From Deltaproteobacteria bacterium (GTDB taxonomy: Bacteria > Myxococcota > XYA12-FULL-58-9 > JABJBS01), in the NCBI GenBank assembly GCA_018668695.1, contig JABJBS010000095.1, positions 388 through 64,387 on the forward strand: a stretch of 64,000 bases of DNA. The letters run 5' to 3'. The notes under the pieces are model-generated. The model did no database searches. It was given only the letters and a program-made list of their open reading frames with translations, and was not told the origin of the DNA. Below, one piece after another: positions 1 to 9,984 of the stretch (positions are counted from its first letter, which is position 1; every line of letters begins with the position of its first letter). A program made the translations under genes and the position numbers.

Positions 1-338
1 TCTACAGGAGCAGCGGCTTCGACAGCGGCTTCCTCAACAGGAGCAGCGGCCTCAACAACCGGCGCTTCTGCCACTGGGGCTTCAGCTGGTTCTGGCGGTG
101 TAGCTTCGACTGGAGTTTCAGCAACAGCAGTCTTTTTGCGAACAATCATCATGCCCGCGCGTTTCTTCTTCTTCGGCTTCGCTTCTCCAGCGCCACCAAG
201 AACCTTGCGTGCAGAGTCTACGTCCACTGAACTCGAGTGCGTTTTCGCTGCGATATCCGCGGCGTTTAAACGCTGGATGACTTCTTTGTTCTCAAGCCCG
301 AATTCCTTTGCGAGCTCATGTACTCTAACCTTACTCAT
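1..338 (-). CDS. infB: Translation initiation factor IF-2, N-terminal part (gene runs off the window start)
   Basis: Minus-strand translation from the ATG at 336-338 reads MSKVRVHELAKEFGLENKEVIQRLNAADIA..., the typical IF-2 N-terminus; it sits downstream of nusA-ylxR in the conserved operon order. Confidence 0.8.
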   Translation of the reverse strand, partial: MSKVRVHELAKEFGLENKEVIQRLNAADIAAKTHSSSVDVDSARKVLGGAGEAKPKKKKRAGMMIVRKKTAVAETPVEATPPEPAEAPVAEAPVVEAAAPVEEAAVEAAAPV

Positions 339-388
339 CGCTACCTCAACCCAAAACAAGCGGTACACATATTGTGCCCATGGCTTGC

Positions 389-1033
389 TCAGGCCTGTTC
401 TTCACCTGTTGCACTATCGCTCTGCGACGGATTGTCCGTCGGAAACGTGTCCTGCCAGAGACGAAGCCAAAAAGCCACCCGGTTGGCCATTGGCCCCGGA
501 GAAATACTCAACGCGCCGACCCGTTTCATCCCCAAACGATGCCCTAACTCCTCAGATGTGCCAAATACGGAGGCCTTACCAAGTTGTTTCACACTGTTTT
601 GGGAAAGATCGGACGCAACAATACGAACTGCGCCGCGGGGATTATCCCCTTTAAGCGCATCGACTCCAACTTTAACCACACCTTGGCGACGACAAAGTCC
701 TAGGACTTCACCCACGCGGCGACCTGAAAGACTATGAGCTGCTTGTACAAGCTCACCCAGTCCATCGGTTTTCACGCTGCGTCTGAACGCGCGTGATAGA
801 TGTGATGTATTTAATTTGTTTAAACAAGAACGGGTTGGGCAAACATAAGCCCCACGTTGTCCACCGATCCGCTCAAAGACAAGCTGATCACCAATGTGGC
901 CAAGTGCTAAAAAAGAAGCGGCTGGCAGATCCGCCCGGCAAACAACGCACTGACGCGTGTTTTCTTCAACCGAGCTATTCTGGTTTCTCTCCTCGGCTTG
1001 CGAGGGAGCTATTTTTGCCATAGCCATAACCAC
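389..1033 (-). CDS. YlxR (DUF448)-like protein fused to an L7Ae/YlxQ-like RNA-binding domain
   Basis: N-terminal half has the CVVCR...RGAYVC motif pattern of YlxR; C-terminal half resembles the L7Ae/YlxQ family; it lies between nusA and infB. Confidence 0.65.
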   Translation of the reverse strand: MVMAMAKIAPSQAEERNQNSSVEENTRQCVVCRADLPAASFLALGHIGDQLVFERIGGQRGAYVCPTRSCLNKLNTSHLSRAFRRSVKTDGLGELVQAAHSLSGRRVGEVLGLCRRQGVVKVGVDALKGDNPRGAVRIVASDLSQNSVKQLGKASVFGTSEELGHRLGMKRVGALSISPGPMANRVAFWLRLWQDTFPTDNPSQSDSATGEEQA

Positions 1034-1051
1034 TTCTGGTAGACTCCCTTA

Positions 1052-2848
1052 TCACGCCAATTCCGCCGCGGACTCATCCGCTTCTGTAGTTCCTGCTGCT
1101 TCAGCAACAACTACTTCTGCAGCTACTTCTTCAGTAGCTTCTGGCGTTTCTTCAACTACTTCTTCTTCTTCTTCTTCTTCCATGCCCGGAATCTGAACAA
1201 CATCATCAACAACAGTGATGTCGAACTGCGCAGCACGCTTATGAATGTCTTTTTCTTCGTTTATTAGATGGTTTGCACCAAAGCGTAACTGCTTCGCTTT
1301 TTGCTCCGTGATTTCACACGTATCAGCAAGCTCTCCAATATCGCATTCTGCAATTTTCTCGACGCTGTCAAAACCGGCAACATTGAGTTTTTCGAAGGCG
1401 TTATCACCCACACCGCGAACCATACGCAATCGAGCAATGCTATCGAGACCCAGGATTCCCTGAAGAGCCTTCGCTGCATCCGAAACTTGAGCTGCGTGAT
1501 CCGCTTGCTCTTTGAGGCGCTTGAGTTCTTCTGCTTCGTCAGCAGCAACCTGTCGCGCACTTTGAAGCATCTCAGCCACGTTATCTGCCTCAATTCCAGG
1601 GAACTGAACCAGGAACTCATGGTTGGCTTCGAGGAGCTCTTCGGCCGAGCGGATACCGTGGTTGTAAAGAGTCTGAATCAAGAACTCACCGCAGTTCTTC
1701 ACCTTGCTGAGGCTTGCCCATGCGCGGTCTTTGATTTCTGAGATACGTGACTCGGAGTGAATATCTAAGCGCCATCCAGCAAGCTGACTTGCTAAACGTA
1801 CGTTTTGTCCCTTACGGCCGATTGCCAATGAAAGCTGATCATCCGGTACAATGATTTCCATTGTATGGCTGCCTTCATCAATTAAAACGCGGCTTACTTC
1901 AGCTGGCTGAAGTGCGTTACATACAAATGTCGCCGGATCTTCTGAGTAAGGAACAATATCGATTTTCTCACCGCGCAACTCTTGAACAACTGCTTGGACG
2001 CGTGAGCCCTTCATACCGACGCATGCGCCAACAGGGTCAACGTCACGGTCGTTAGAGCTTACGGCAATCTTTGCACGAGAGCCTGGCTCACGGGCTGCAC
2101 TTTCGATTTTAACAATTCCTTCGTGAATTTCAGGAACTTCAATTTCAAAAAGCTTCGCAAGAAGTTGAGGACACGTACGGCTCAAAACGATCTGTGGTCC
2201 GCGTGAGTGCTCCTGAACATCAATGACATAAGCCTGAATACGGTCGCCAGTGCGGTATGATTCACGTGGGCATTGCTCACGAATCGGAATAATCGCTTCT
2301 GCACGTCCGAGGTCAACAATGATATTGCCGCGCTCAAAGCGTCGAACAATACCCGTAACCATTTCGTCTTTTCGGTCTTTGTACTCGCTGAAAATCAAGT
2401 ATCTTTCAGCATCACGAATGCGCTGAATGATAACCTGCTTTGCAGTTTGAGCTGCGATGCGGCCAAAGCTACGTCGGTAAGTCTTCAGCTGCAGAATATC
2501 GCCGTATTCTTCATCTTGCTCGAGTGCTTCATCAGCATCTTGCTGAAGATAGAAAATCGGGAAGACCATTTCATCGCCCGCTTCAACTTCAATCTCTCGC
2601 TCAGCACATTCTTCGAGGCTAATTTGATTGAAAGTGTCTTCAACAGTTTCAACAACTGTGATGGCCTGCGTGAGGTCAACAGCACCTTTTTCTTCGTTGA
2701 ATTCAGCATTCAAAGCTCGCTCAGCGCCAAAAGCTTTCTTGGCAGAAGCTAAAATCGCTTCTTCAAGAGCGCGTACGAGGACCATACGGTCAATACCTTT
2801 GTCTTTGCTGACTTGGTCAATAACCATGTTGAGATTTGCAGCGTCCAT
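1052..2848 (-). CDS. nusA: Transcription termination/antitermination factor NusA with an acidic C-terminal tail
   Basis: 598-aa ORF with clear NusA N-terminal, S1 and KH regions and a C-terminal HhH region, followed by a poly-Glu tail (GAA x7 at about 1160-1180). Confidence 0.9.
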   Translation of the reverse strand: MDAANLNMVIDQVSKDKGIDRMVLVRALEEAILASAKKAFGAERALNAEFNEEKGAVDLTQAITVVETVEDTFNQISLEECAEREIEVEAGDEMVFPIFYLQQDADEALEQDEEYGDILQLKTYRRSFGRIAAQTAKQVIIQRIRDAERYLIFSEYKDRKDEMVTGIVRRFERGNIIVDLGRAEAIIPIREQCPRESYRTGDRIQAYVIDVQEHSRGPQIVLSRTCPQLLAKLFEIEVPEIHEGIVKIESAAREPGSRAKIAVSSNDRDVDPVGACVGMKGSRVQAVVQELRGEKIDIVPYSEDPATFVCNALQPAEVSRVLIDEGSHTMEIIVPDDQLSLAIGRKGQNVRLASQLAGWRLDIHSESRISEIKDRAWASLSKVKNCGEFLIQTLYNHGIRSAEELLEANHEFLVQFPGIEADNVAEMLQSARQVAADEAEELKRLKEQADHAAQVSDAAKALQGILGLDSIARLRMVRGVGDNAFEKLNVAGFDSVEKIAECDIGELADTCEITEQKAKQLRFGANHLINEEKDIHKRAAQFDITVVDDVVQIPGMEEEEEEEVVEETPEATEEVAAEVVVAEAAGTTEADESAAELA

Positions 2849-2899
2849 GGTGGGGCCTCTTTGTTGCCGGTATTCCTCAAGAATTCCGGGTATCTCACG

Positions 2900-3361
2900 T
2901 TAAAATTGCGGTACCAATCGCGCCCTGTCTATTTGGTCGTAGCCAAAAGTCCAGGTTTCAGCTTCACAGCTAATACGGATACCCCGCTCGTCAGCTTCGA
3001 GAATTTCTCCCGCAAACTTACGACGTCCATCAAAAGGCTCATTGGTGGTCAGTTTGACCTGACTTCCTACAAACCGTTGAAAATGCTTCGGTTTTGCCAG
3101 TGGCCGATCAAGTCCCGGTGATGACACTTCCAGTCGGAATTTACCATCAATACGGTCGCTCAACCCTTCACCATCCAAAATATCACTCACCAAACGACTT
3201 ACATCTGCACAGTGGTCTAGGGTTACCCCTGATTCACTGTCGATGAAAATTCGAAGGATTCTTTGGCCAGTCACATACTCCAGCATTACGAGTTCGAAGC
3301 CTTCAGCTTCTAAAACAGGCTCAATTGCCTGCTCTACGATTTGTGTAATACCTGTTGCCAT
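2900..3361 (-). CDS. rimP: Ribosome maturation factor RimP
   Basis: 153-aa ORF directly upstream of nusA; sequence resembles RimP (…RLVSDILDGEG…LEVSSPGLDRPL). Confidence 0.85.
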   Translation of the reverse strand: MATGITQIVEQAIEPVLEAEGFELVMLEYVTGQRILRIFIDSESGVTLDHCADVSRLVSDILDGEGLSDRIDGKFRLEVSSPGLDRPLAKPKHFQRFVGSQVKLTTNEPFDGRRKFAGEILEADERGIRISCEAETWTFGYDQIDRARLVPQF

Positions 3362-3396
3362 GTGTCTGTTTTAACTAGCTTTTATGCCTTTTTGCC

Positions 3397-3424
3397 AAAA
3401 AAAAAGCGGGCTGTGTCAGCCCAC
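3397..3424 (-). terminator. Rho-independent terminator downstream of ruvA (minus strand)
   Basis: On the minus strand, GC hairpin gggctg-aca-cagccc (3406-3423) followed by a U9 run (3397-3405). Confidence 0.6.
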
Positions 3425-3545
3425 TCAACTAACCGGTGAAAGCCGGAAAATTTTAGTGAATGCGGGGCTTAGATACAGCTGCCTCTGGTTGTTGTCAACC
3501 TCGATCATGGGCAGCCCGATCGCCTGAGGAATTGCTAAAAGCCTT

Positions 3546-4154
3546 TCAAGCTCGTGGAGTTGCCGCGCGCAGTGCCTCGCGAACCAGAGTAGCGATGTCC
3601 GCTTCATCCGGTAAACGCTCCAAAGCGGTGTTCGCTGCTTTCTCTGCAATCGCCGCTTTGAACCCCAAAGCAAGCATCGCATCAACCAAGTCATCTTTGG
3701 GTCCAACAGAGACCTCGATGACACCCGCACTGGCTTGAGGCATGAGCATCAACTTAGGCAGCCGGTCCTTGAGTTCCAAAAGGAGCCGGTCCGCTTTTTT
3801 ACCACCTACACCTGGGATTTTCACCAAACGCGGTTTGTCTTCGCGGGCTACAATGTCGCAGAGTTCCTCTGCACTAAAAACCGAGAGAACAGCCAACGCC
3901 AACTTCGGGCCAACTCCGCTGATACTGACGAGTACTCGAAATACATCACGCTCACCTTGTTCTAAAAATCCGAACAACCGAAGCGCATCTTGTGAGAGAG
4001 AGGTTTCAACCAGGACTTTTACCTCATCACCCTCGGTGCCAAGGCGAACCAACGATGAGATAGGCATTGCCACACCATAGCCAACACCGGCGCACTCAAT
4101 CACGGCGCCCCCGGCCTGTTTCTCAATCAAAACCCCTCGTAAACTCGAAATCAT
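3546..4154 (-). CDS. ruvA: Holliday junction DNA helicase subunit RuvA
   Basis: 202-aa ORF, MISSLRGVL..VGYGV..; HhH motifs VSGVGPKLA / IPGVGGKKADR. Confidence 0.9.
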   Translation of the reverse strand: MISSLRGVLIEKQAGGAVIECAGVGYGVAMPISSLVRLGTEGDEVKVLVETSLSQDALRLFGFLEQGERDVFRVLVSISGVGPKLALAVLSVFSAEELCDIVAREDKPRLVKIPGVGGKKADRLLLELKDRLPKLMLMPQASAGVIEVSVGPKDDLVDAMLALGFKAAIAEKAANTALERLPDEADIATLVREALRAATPRA

Positions 4155-4693
4155 ATCTTTCTTCCTCGCCGTGCCTTAGGCTTGCTCACCCCGTCACGTT
4201 CCATCCTTGCCAAAAGCCGGCTGGTAGAGCTGCCCGCCATTTGAATATGACAAAGTGCTACTGCAAGAGCATCGCTCTCATCCTCGCGGTATAAATCTTG
4301 GCGTCCTAATAACATTTGCACCATTTTTTGCACCTGTTCTTTAGAAGCCCGCCCATGACCGGCCACCGACTGCTTCACTGTGGCGGGTGGGTATTCTCCC
4401 AACACTAATCCGGCGCGGCCAATACTTAGAAGTGCCACACCTCGGGCATGCCCAAGCTTTAGAGCGGATTGGCTGTTCTTGGAGTGAAAAATCGCCTCCA
4501 CGGCTGCTTCATCTGGTTGGTGTTGTTTGATGATCACATCCAGCGCATCACCGATGACCACCATCCGTGAGACAAACTCGCCATCGCCGGCCTCGATAAC
4601 ACCGCTGGCGATTAGGCGCATTTGGCTGCCTTGAGCATCAACGATGCCCCAGCCCGTGAAGCGGCTTCCCGGATCAATTCCCAACACTCGCAC
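4151..4693 (-). CDS. ruvC: Holliday junction resolvase RuvC
   Basis: MRVLGIDPGSRFTGWGIV... N-terminus; 4-nt overlap with ruvA. Confidence 0.9.
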   Translation of the reverse strand: MRVLGIDPGSRFTGWGIVDAQGSQMRLIASGVIEAGDGEFVSRMVVIGDALDVIIKQHQPDEAAVEAIFHSKNSQSALKLGHARGVALLSIGRAGLVLGEYPPATVKQSVAGHGRASKEQVQKMVQMLLGRQDLYREDESDALAVALCHIQMAGSSTSRLLARMERDGVSKPKARRGRKI

Positions 4694-4710
4694 GTTAAAC
4701 TTCCTCTGAT

Positions 4711-5463
4711 TCAGTCACTGAAAAGTTGCTCCATTTCAGCATCATCTATTTCATAATTAGCGTGTACTTTCATCACATCGTCTAAATCTTCAAGCTTATC
4801 CAGTAAGCGCAGTACTTGCTTAACCTCTTTTCCCGAGACACACACTGTGTTTTCGGCAACCATCGTGAATTCGGCACTCTTGTATTGAAGTCCGGCTTTA
4901 TCAAAAGCGTCGAGTACATCTGTGAAATCTGTTGGTTCGCTGACCACAACCCAATGGTCTCCCTCAAGTCTGACATCTTGTGCACCGGCCTCAAGTGCTG
5001 CTTCCATCATCTCTTCTTCGCTAAAAGAGGATGCATCAAAAGTAAATTGCCCACACTTCTGAAACATCCAAGCGACGCTGCCGCTCGCCCCCATGCTCCC
5101 AACGTTCTTGGTGAACGCTGAACGAACCTCCGCACTGGTTCGGTTGCGGTTATCGGTTTGCGTTTCAACAAAGAAAGCAACGCCGCCCGCGCCATAACCT
5201 TCGTAGTTGATTTCATCGATGACCATGCCTTCGAGTTCGCCGGTTCCTTTTTTGATACCGCGGGTAATATTCTCAGCCGGCATTGAATTACTTTTGGCTG
5301 CAACAATGGCCACTCTTAAACGCGGGTTTGCGTCCGGGTCAGCGCCTCCAAGACGAGCCGCCGTGGTAATCTCTTTCACAAGTTTGGTAAACAACTTGCC
5401 GCGAGCTGCATCCACTGCTCCCTTGCGGCGCTTAATGTTTGACCATTTACTGTGACCCGCCAT
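4711..5463 (-). CDS. yebC: YebC/PmpR-family probable transcriptional regulator
   Basis: MAGHSKWSNIKRRKGAVDAARGKLFTKL... canonical YebC N-terminus; upstream of ruvC as is typical. Confidence 0.9.
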   Translation of the reverse strand: MAGHSKWSNIKRRKGAVDAARGKLFTKLVKEITTAARLGGADPDANPRLRVAIVAAKSNSMPAENITRGIKKGTGELEGMVIDEINYEGYGAGGVAFFVETQTDNRNRTSAEVRSAFTKNVGSMGASGSVAWMFQKCGQFTFDASSFSEEEMMEAALEAGAQDVRLEGDHWVVVSEPTDFTDVLDAFDKAGLQYKSAEFTMVAENTVCVSGKEVKQVLRLLDKLEDLDDVMKVHANYEIDDAEMEQLFSD

Positions 5464-5713
5464 GTTTTCTCGTTCTCCATCTACCAGGTGAGCTTAGATA
5501 AGCCGCCTGGGCACTTTACGATTCTATCCGCGACTATCGCCAATCCATCCGACACTTCAGCCCTGGGCAATGCAAGCTCATGATATCGTTGAAAAGAATA
5601 ATGCGACTTCGATAAACCAAATTGTTTAATCGTGCACTTGTCTGAACTTGGTTGTACTCAGCGGCGTTAGCCCAAAGCTTCACACCTTGAAATATACCAT
5701 AATGCGACAGAGC

Positions 5714-6505
5714 TTAATCGCCCTGGCGCAACGTTAGAAAGGTCTCAATGATTTGTGCAAAGCCCTCGCCTCCGGGCGCAGCACTCACAAATTTTGGGAG
5801 GTATTCCATCTGAGAAGTAAAATTGTTTAAGTTGGCCACTCCACATGCATTTTCAAAAAACTCGAACATCGGTTCATCGTTTGGCGAATCACCACAAAAT
5901 AAATACGCACCGGGTGCCTCATCGATACTCTGATTCCACCTCGCGTTTGCAAAATGTCGAACCATTTGCAGCTTGTCATACTGGCCAAACCAGCCATTTA
6001 CGTGAATAGAAGAGATTTTGGCGACCGCTCCAAACCTCTCAAAAATTGTCTGAATTTCTCGGGCAGCATCCAAACCCAGATCTGGAGGCTCTTCACAAAA
6101 GTCTATCGCCAAATCAAAAAGTCGCCCGAACTGATCCTTGGATACCCGGCTTCCCTCGACTTCTTTCAAAACAGCTTCACGAATTGGCTTCAAACGCGAT
6201 TGCGCATCTTGCGCCGAATCGGGGTGGTAGATCCGGTGGAGCGCTCCGTCTTCTTCATAAAACGCCAAAGCTCCATTTTCGCCAATAACACCACTCACTG
6301 GCCACTGACGGGCAATGCAGTCACACCATCCAGCAGGCCGACCCGTGACCGGCACAAATTCGATACCGGCTTCTTTCAGTCGCCACATCGCATCGTAAGC
6401 GCGCGCGGTCACCTTACCATCCGTCGTCATCGTATCGTCGATATCACTGAAAACGGCCCGGATTCCCTTGGCCACACTCGAACTCATTTGTGTAATCGGC
6501 AGCAC
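5714..6505 (-). CDS. HAD-IIB family hydrolase (Cof-like sugar phosphatase)
   Basis: DIDDTM motif I (FSDIDDTMTT), GRP/GDSxND motifs. Confidence 0.7.
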   Translation of the reverse strand: MLPITQMSSSVAKGIRAVFSDIDDTMTTDGKVTARAYDAMWRLKEAGIEFVPVTGRPAGWCDCIARQWPVSGVIGENGALAFYEEDGALHRIYHPDSAQDAQSRLKPIREAVLKEVEGSRVSKDQFGRLFDLAIDFCEEPPDLGLDAAREIQTIFERFGAVAKISSIHVNGWFGQYDKLQMVRHFANARWNQSIDEAPGAYLFCGDSPNDEPMFEFFENACGVANLNNFTSQMEYLPKFVSAAPGGEGFAQIIETFLTLRQGD

Positions 6506-6606
6506 TTTTGACCTCTAAGTAATAGTTTTGGCGTCAGACTCTTCTCAAGGGTATATTATAGGGGCAGAGGCCGGCTCAATGGCTCCGAGAAAGTTGTAAG
6601 AATTCG

Positions 6607-7722
6607 ATGAAAATTCTTTTTGTGGACGACGAACCGCTCATACTGGAGGGACTTCAAAACCTCTTGCGTCGTTTTCGTAAAAAGTGGGCCATGTCGTTTG
6701 CAGTGGGAGCTGACGAAGCCCTCGAAAAGCTCGATATCGAGACCTTTGATATCGTCATCACCGATATGCGTATGCCAGGGCTATCAGGTGCAGAGCTTTT
6801 GAAACGCGTTAGGGAAACACACCCCGGAACGGCCCGCATCATGCTATCGGGCTACAGTGAAGAGGAAACAATTCTCCAGGCTTTGCCCGTCGCACATCAA
6901 TACATGAGCAAACCCTGCGACCCAATCATCCTTCAACGCATCATCGAAAATCTTGTCTCTGGAATCGAGCACCTAAACAACCCGGCGGTAGCCCAATCAG
7001 CCAACCGATTAGGCGCGCCGCTGACCTCCGCGCAGAACTTAAGCACCTTGCAAGAACTGCTCGAACACCCGGAGGAGTCTGGAGATGCTATTCAACGTCT
7101 CGTGGCATCAGATATTGGGTTGAGCGCGCGCCTTCTCCAAATTGTTAGTTCTTCTTTTTTCGGGCGGCCACAAGTCGTATCCGATGTGGGGCAAGCTATT
7201 CATTATTTGGGCATGCCGATGCTTAAACGCTTGGCTCACCACCCTGAGATATTCAATGTCACCTTGCCAACTCAACCCGATGCATTGCAGCAATTTAACG
7301 ATGTAACCGCGACGGCCCAACACTTCAGCCAACACCTAGCAGTACTTCTGGGTGAAGGAGCGGAAGGCGGCCCCGGCACAACAGCGGCGATGCTCATAGC
7401 TCTCGGTCCCTTGGCCATGGTTCAGATGGGTGAAGACTTAAACCCTGGCTCCCAACTGGAGGCTGGACTTAGCCAATTCTTACTTCAGCTTTGGGGCTTA
7501 CCGGAAAAACTCACACAACTAAGCGATAATCTTCACCACCAACCCGCTGGAAATACACTCGAAGTTGAGCAAGCCATTTATGCCAGCCGAAAAGTGTGGT
7601 TGAATCGACAATCAAGAGAAGTCGAGCTTGATGTAGACTACTTGAAATCACTTGGCTTGGTCGCCGAAGTGGAAGAGTGGACAACTCGAATAAAAAGTCG
7701 AAGCAACAGAGATACACTATGA
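6607..7722 (+). CDS. Response regulator: receiver domain + HDOD output domain
   Basis: N-terminal CheY-like receiver (VDDEP…DIVITDMRMPGLSG…K); C-terminal HDOD-like region (…SDIGLSARLLQIVSSSFFGRPQVVSDVGQAIHYLGM…). Confidence 0.75.
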   Translation: MKILFVDDEPLILEGLQNLLRRFRKKWAMSFAVGADEALEKLDIETFDIVITDMRMPGLSGAELLKRVRETHPGTARIMLSGYSEEETILQALPVAHQYMSKPCDPIILQRIIENLVSGIEHLNNPAVAQSANRLGAPLTSAQNLSTLQELLEHPEESGDAIQRLVASDIGLSARLLQIVSSSFFGRPQVVSDVGQAIHYLGMPMLKRLAHHPEIFNVTLPTQPDALQQFNDVTATAQHFSQHLAVLLGEGAEGGPGTTAAMLIALGPLAMVQMGEDLNPGSQLEAGLSQFLLQLWGLPEKLTQLSDNLHHQPAGNTLEVEQAIYASRKVWLNRQSREVELDVDYLKSLGLVAEVEEWTTRIKSRSNRDTL

Positions 7723-8903
7723 GCGACGCTACAACTTCATCATCATCACGTAGAAAAAAAGAACCCAAGCCGAGAATTCTTTGCGTTGACGATGAAGAAT
7801 TCATTCTCGAAGGGATTGCCAGTAACCTGCGCAAGAGCTTTAAAATTACAACTGCGAAAAGTGGTCAAGAAGCGCTTGATTTAATGGAAAACGAAGAAAC
7901 GTTTCCCATCATTATCTCGGATATGCGCATGCCTGGCATGGATGGTGCCCAATTCCTAAAACAGGCACGGCAAGTTTCACCCGATAGTATTCGGATTTTG
8001 CTAACAGGCCACGCTGATCTTGAAGCTGCGATTTCCGTGGTCAATGAAGGTAAAATCTTTCGGTATTTAACCAAACCTTGTCCGGTTAAAAAACTGAAAG
8101 AGATTCTTGATGAAGCGGTAGGGCAGTACCAGAAAAAGCAGGTTCAACGTAACGTTCTCATGGAAACCTTGCGCGGCAGCGTTCAGGTTCTCACCGAGGT
8201 ACTCGGACTGATTAACCCGGTTGCTTTTAGCCGTGGATGCAGAGTCCAAAGGCTCGTGGAGGCAATGGCTCAAGACCTAGAATTAAGCGATGTTTGGGAG
8301 TTTGAAGTCGCAGCCATGCTCTCGCAACTCGGCTGTGTCACCTTACACCCCGACACCCTCAACAAAGTCGGAAGTGGACACCCTTTAGAGGACGATGAAT
8401 TAGAGCTATTCCAAAGTCATCCAGCTCTTACCCGAGACCTACTCAAAGGCGTTCCTCGTATGGAATCCATTGCTGAGATGGTTGCTCGACAGATGGATGA
8501 TTGCGTAACCGAAGAGCTCACCCACGACATACGCCTCGAGGATCGCACCACGGTTGGCGGGCAAATGCTCCGGATTGCCATTGATTTTGACCAGCTTCTC
8601 TTTGAAGGTCTCGACCGGCCAGATGCTGAAGCACAACTTCAAGCCGATGCGGATGCTTACGATCCCAGGCTTCTCGCTTGCATCGCCCAGCTCGAAATAC
8701 CAGAAGCGCCGCGGGTCGAACGCTACGTTACCTTGGCAGAGCTGAGCACCGGTATGTTGTTCGAGCAAGCCGTGCTCTCCAAGGCTGGCGTCTCTCTGAT
8801 CTCATCCGGCAGCGAGGTGAACTTCACCATGCTCGAACGTCTCAAACGATTTGCAGACGATGTTGGCCTCGAAGAGCCATTTAAAGTCAGCGTGCTTCTC
8901 TAA
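7719..8903 (+). CDS. Response regulator: receiver domain + degenerate HD-GYP-like domain
   Basis: Receiver (VDDEEF…IIISDMRMPGMDG…K); the C-terminal domain follows the HD-GYP layout but has LSQLGC where LHDIGK is expected and no GYP motif; ATGA overlap with the upstream gene (likely start 7719). Confidence 0.65.
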   Translation: MSDATTSSSSRRKKEPKPRILCVDDEEFILEGIASNLRKSFKITTAKSGQEALDLMENEETFPIIISDMRMPGMDGAQFLKQARQVSPDSIRILLTGHADLEAAISVVNEGKIFRYLTKPCPVKKLKEILDEAVGQYQKKQVQRNVLMETLRGSVQVLTEVLGLINPVAFSRGCRVQRLVEAMAQDLELSDVWEFEVAAMLSQLGCVTLHPDTLNKVGSGHPLEDDELELFQSHPALTRDLLKGVPRMESIAEMVARQMDDCVTEELTHDIRLEDRTTVGGQMLRIAIDFDQLLFEGLDRPDAEAQLQADADAYDPRLLACIAQLEIPEAPRVERYVTLAELSTGMLFEQAVLSKAGVSLISSGSEVNFTMLERLKRFADDVGLEEPFKVSVLL

Positions 8904-8976
8904 TTGAAGCGAAGTTCCCAGGGCACTCCGCCCAAACTCCAAGAGCTCATAACTTAGCCTCAAAGCAGGTGGCCAC

Positions 8977-9780
8977 ATGGTTTACTTGGCACTGCTGCAC
9001 TGCTATTCCCCGGTCGAATCGCTTGGAGACACTAGTATGCGCAACCTCTTATATGCTTTCGGAGCAGGGTTTTTAGCCTTCGCAATTCTTTACTTTCCCA
9101 ACGTACTTCGCTTCGGTGAATCGATGGTGCCCGCGTTTATCGTGGTTTTGGCGACTTATTTTGTCCTCGCCCGAAAGACTTTCAAAGAAATTGAGAAGAT
9201 TTTCACCACTGCTGCCAGCTACTTACAGTCGATGCCGCCCAAATTCGAGCTGGCCATCAAGACCATGGAAACCGCTCGGGTTCATGCTCCTGTTCAGTTT
9301 GGAGTCGCTTCACAAATCGATAATCAGATTGGCGTCATGTACTTTCTGCAAAAGCAGTTCAACAAGTCTATGCCCTACCTAGAGAAGTCGCTTCAGTTTG
9401 GCCACTGGATGGGCGGCGCGATGCTAGCAGTCATCTATTACAAGAAGAAAAAACACGACCAAATGCGTGAAACGATGCAAACGGTTGTAAAGAAAGCGAA
9501 AAAGCAAACCTTGGCCTGGAACCTCTATGCCTACCTTCTCTGCCAAATCGGTGAACGTGATGCCGCTCAAAGTATTTTTATTGAAGCTTTAAAGAAAACC
9601 AAAGACGACCCCAAAATCAAAGACGCGCTCAATCAGCTTCAAAATGGCAAAAAAATCAAAATGAAGCAGTACAAAGAGCAGTGGTACCAATTCCACTTAG
9701 AAAACCCTCCCAAGCAGTACCAGCAGACCCAAATGGGCGGTGGACGCGCAACCAAGGCCCAAAGAAGAGGTCGCTGGTAG
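8977..9780 (+). CDS. Hypothetical membrane protein (2 predicted TM helices + Lys-rich helical/TPR-like C-terminus)
   Basis: Hydrophobic N-terminal segments, no recognisable family; likely start at the internal Met (MRNLLYAF) near 9037. Confidence 0.45.
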   Translation: MVYLALLHCYSPVESLGDTSMRNLLYAFGAGFLAFAILYFPNVLRFGESMVPAFIVVLATYFVLARKTFKEIEKIFTTAASYLQSMPPKFELAIKTMETARVHAPVQFGVASQIDNQIGVMYFLQKQFNKSMPYLEKSLQFGHWMGGAMLAVIYYKKKKHDQMRETMQTVVKKAKKQTLAWNLYAYLLCQIGERDAAQSIFIEALKKTKDDPKIKDALNQLQNGKKIKMKQYKEQWYQFHLENPPKQYQQTQMGGGRATKAQRRGRW

Positions 9781-9918
9781 GCGACAAGTACTTCCACGAG
9801 GGGGAAATCCCCCAAAACGGATCACTTTGTAGGGTAAAACCCCAAAATAGTTCTTGCGTCTGCATCCAGACTCCCCTAATATCTACTCGAACGGTCGGTC
9901 TAAGCGGTTAGGCCGGTT

Positions 9919-9960
9919 CAACAGGGGCCTGGATATCCCTCCCCCCCCCCATCCCTGTTG
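9919..9960 (+). repeat. Hairpin (8-bp stem caacaggg/ccctgttg) enclosing a C10 homopolymer (9941-9950)
   Basis: Read directly from the sequence; located in the 3' UTR of the 8977..9780 gene, upstream of the terminator. Confidence 0.6.
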
Positions 9961-9984
9961 AGCTGATCAAACCGTAAAGATATC

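Noticed and set aside
136-737. Plus-strand ORFs 136..654 and 318..737 (172 and 139 aa)
   Set aside because: They lie antisense to, and wholly within, the well-supported infB N-terminus and the ylxR/L7Ae gene. The proteins are Arg/Pro-rich low-complexity sequence typical of spurious frames in GC-rich coding DNA.
1245-2752. Several 60-160-aa ORFs on both strands inside nusA (1245..1463, 1264..1620, 1301..1741, 2273..2752, 2485..2709)
   Set aside because: All are embedded in the high-confidence 598-aa NusA reading frame and have no recognisable motifs. They are shadow ORFs.
9860-9960. Possible tRNA (GGTTCAAC… fragment near 9916)
   Set aside because: There is no acceptor-stem pairing, no D-loop (GG..TAGAG-like) element and no proper T-loop (GGTTCGAATCC). 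The local structure is better explained as a hairpin holding the C10 tract.
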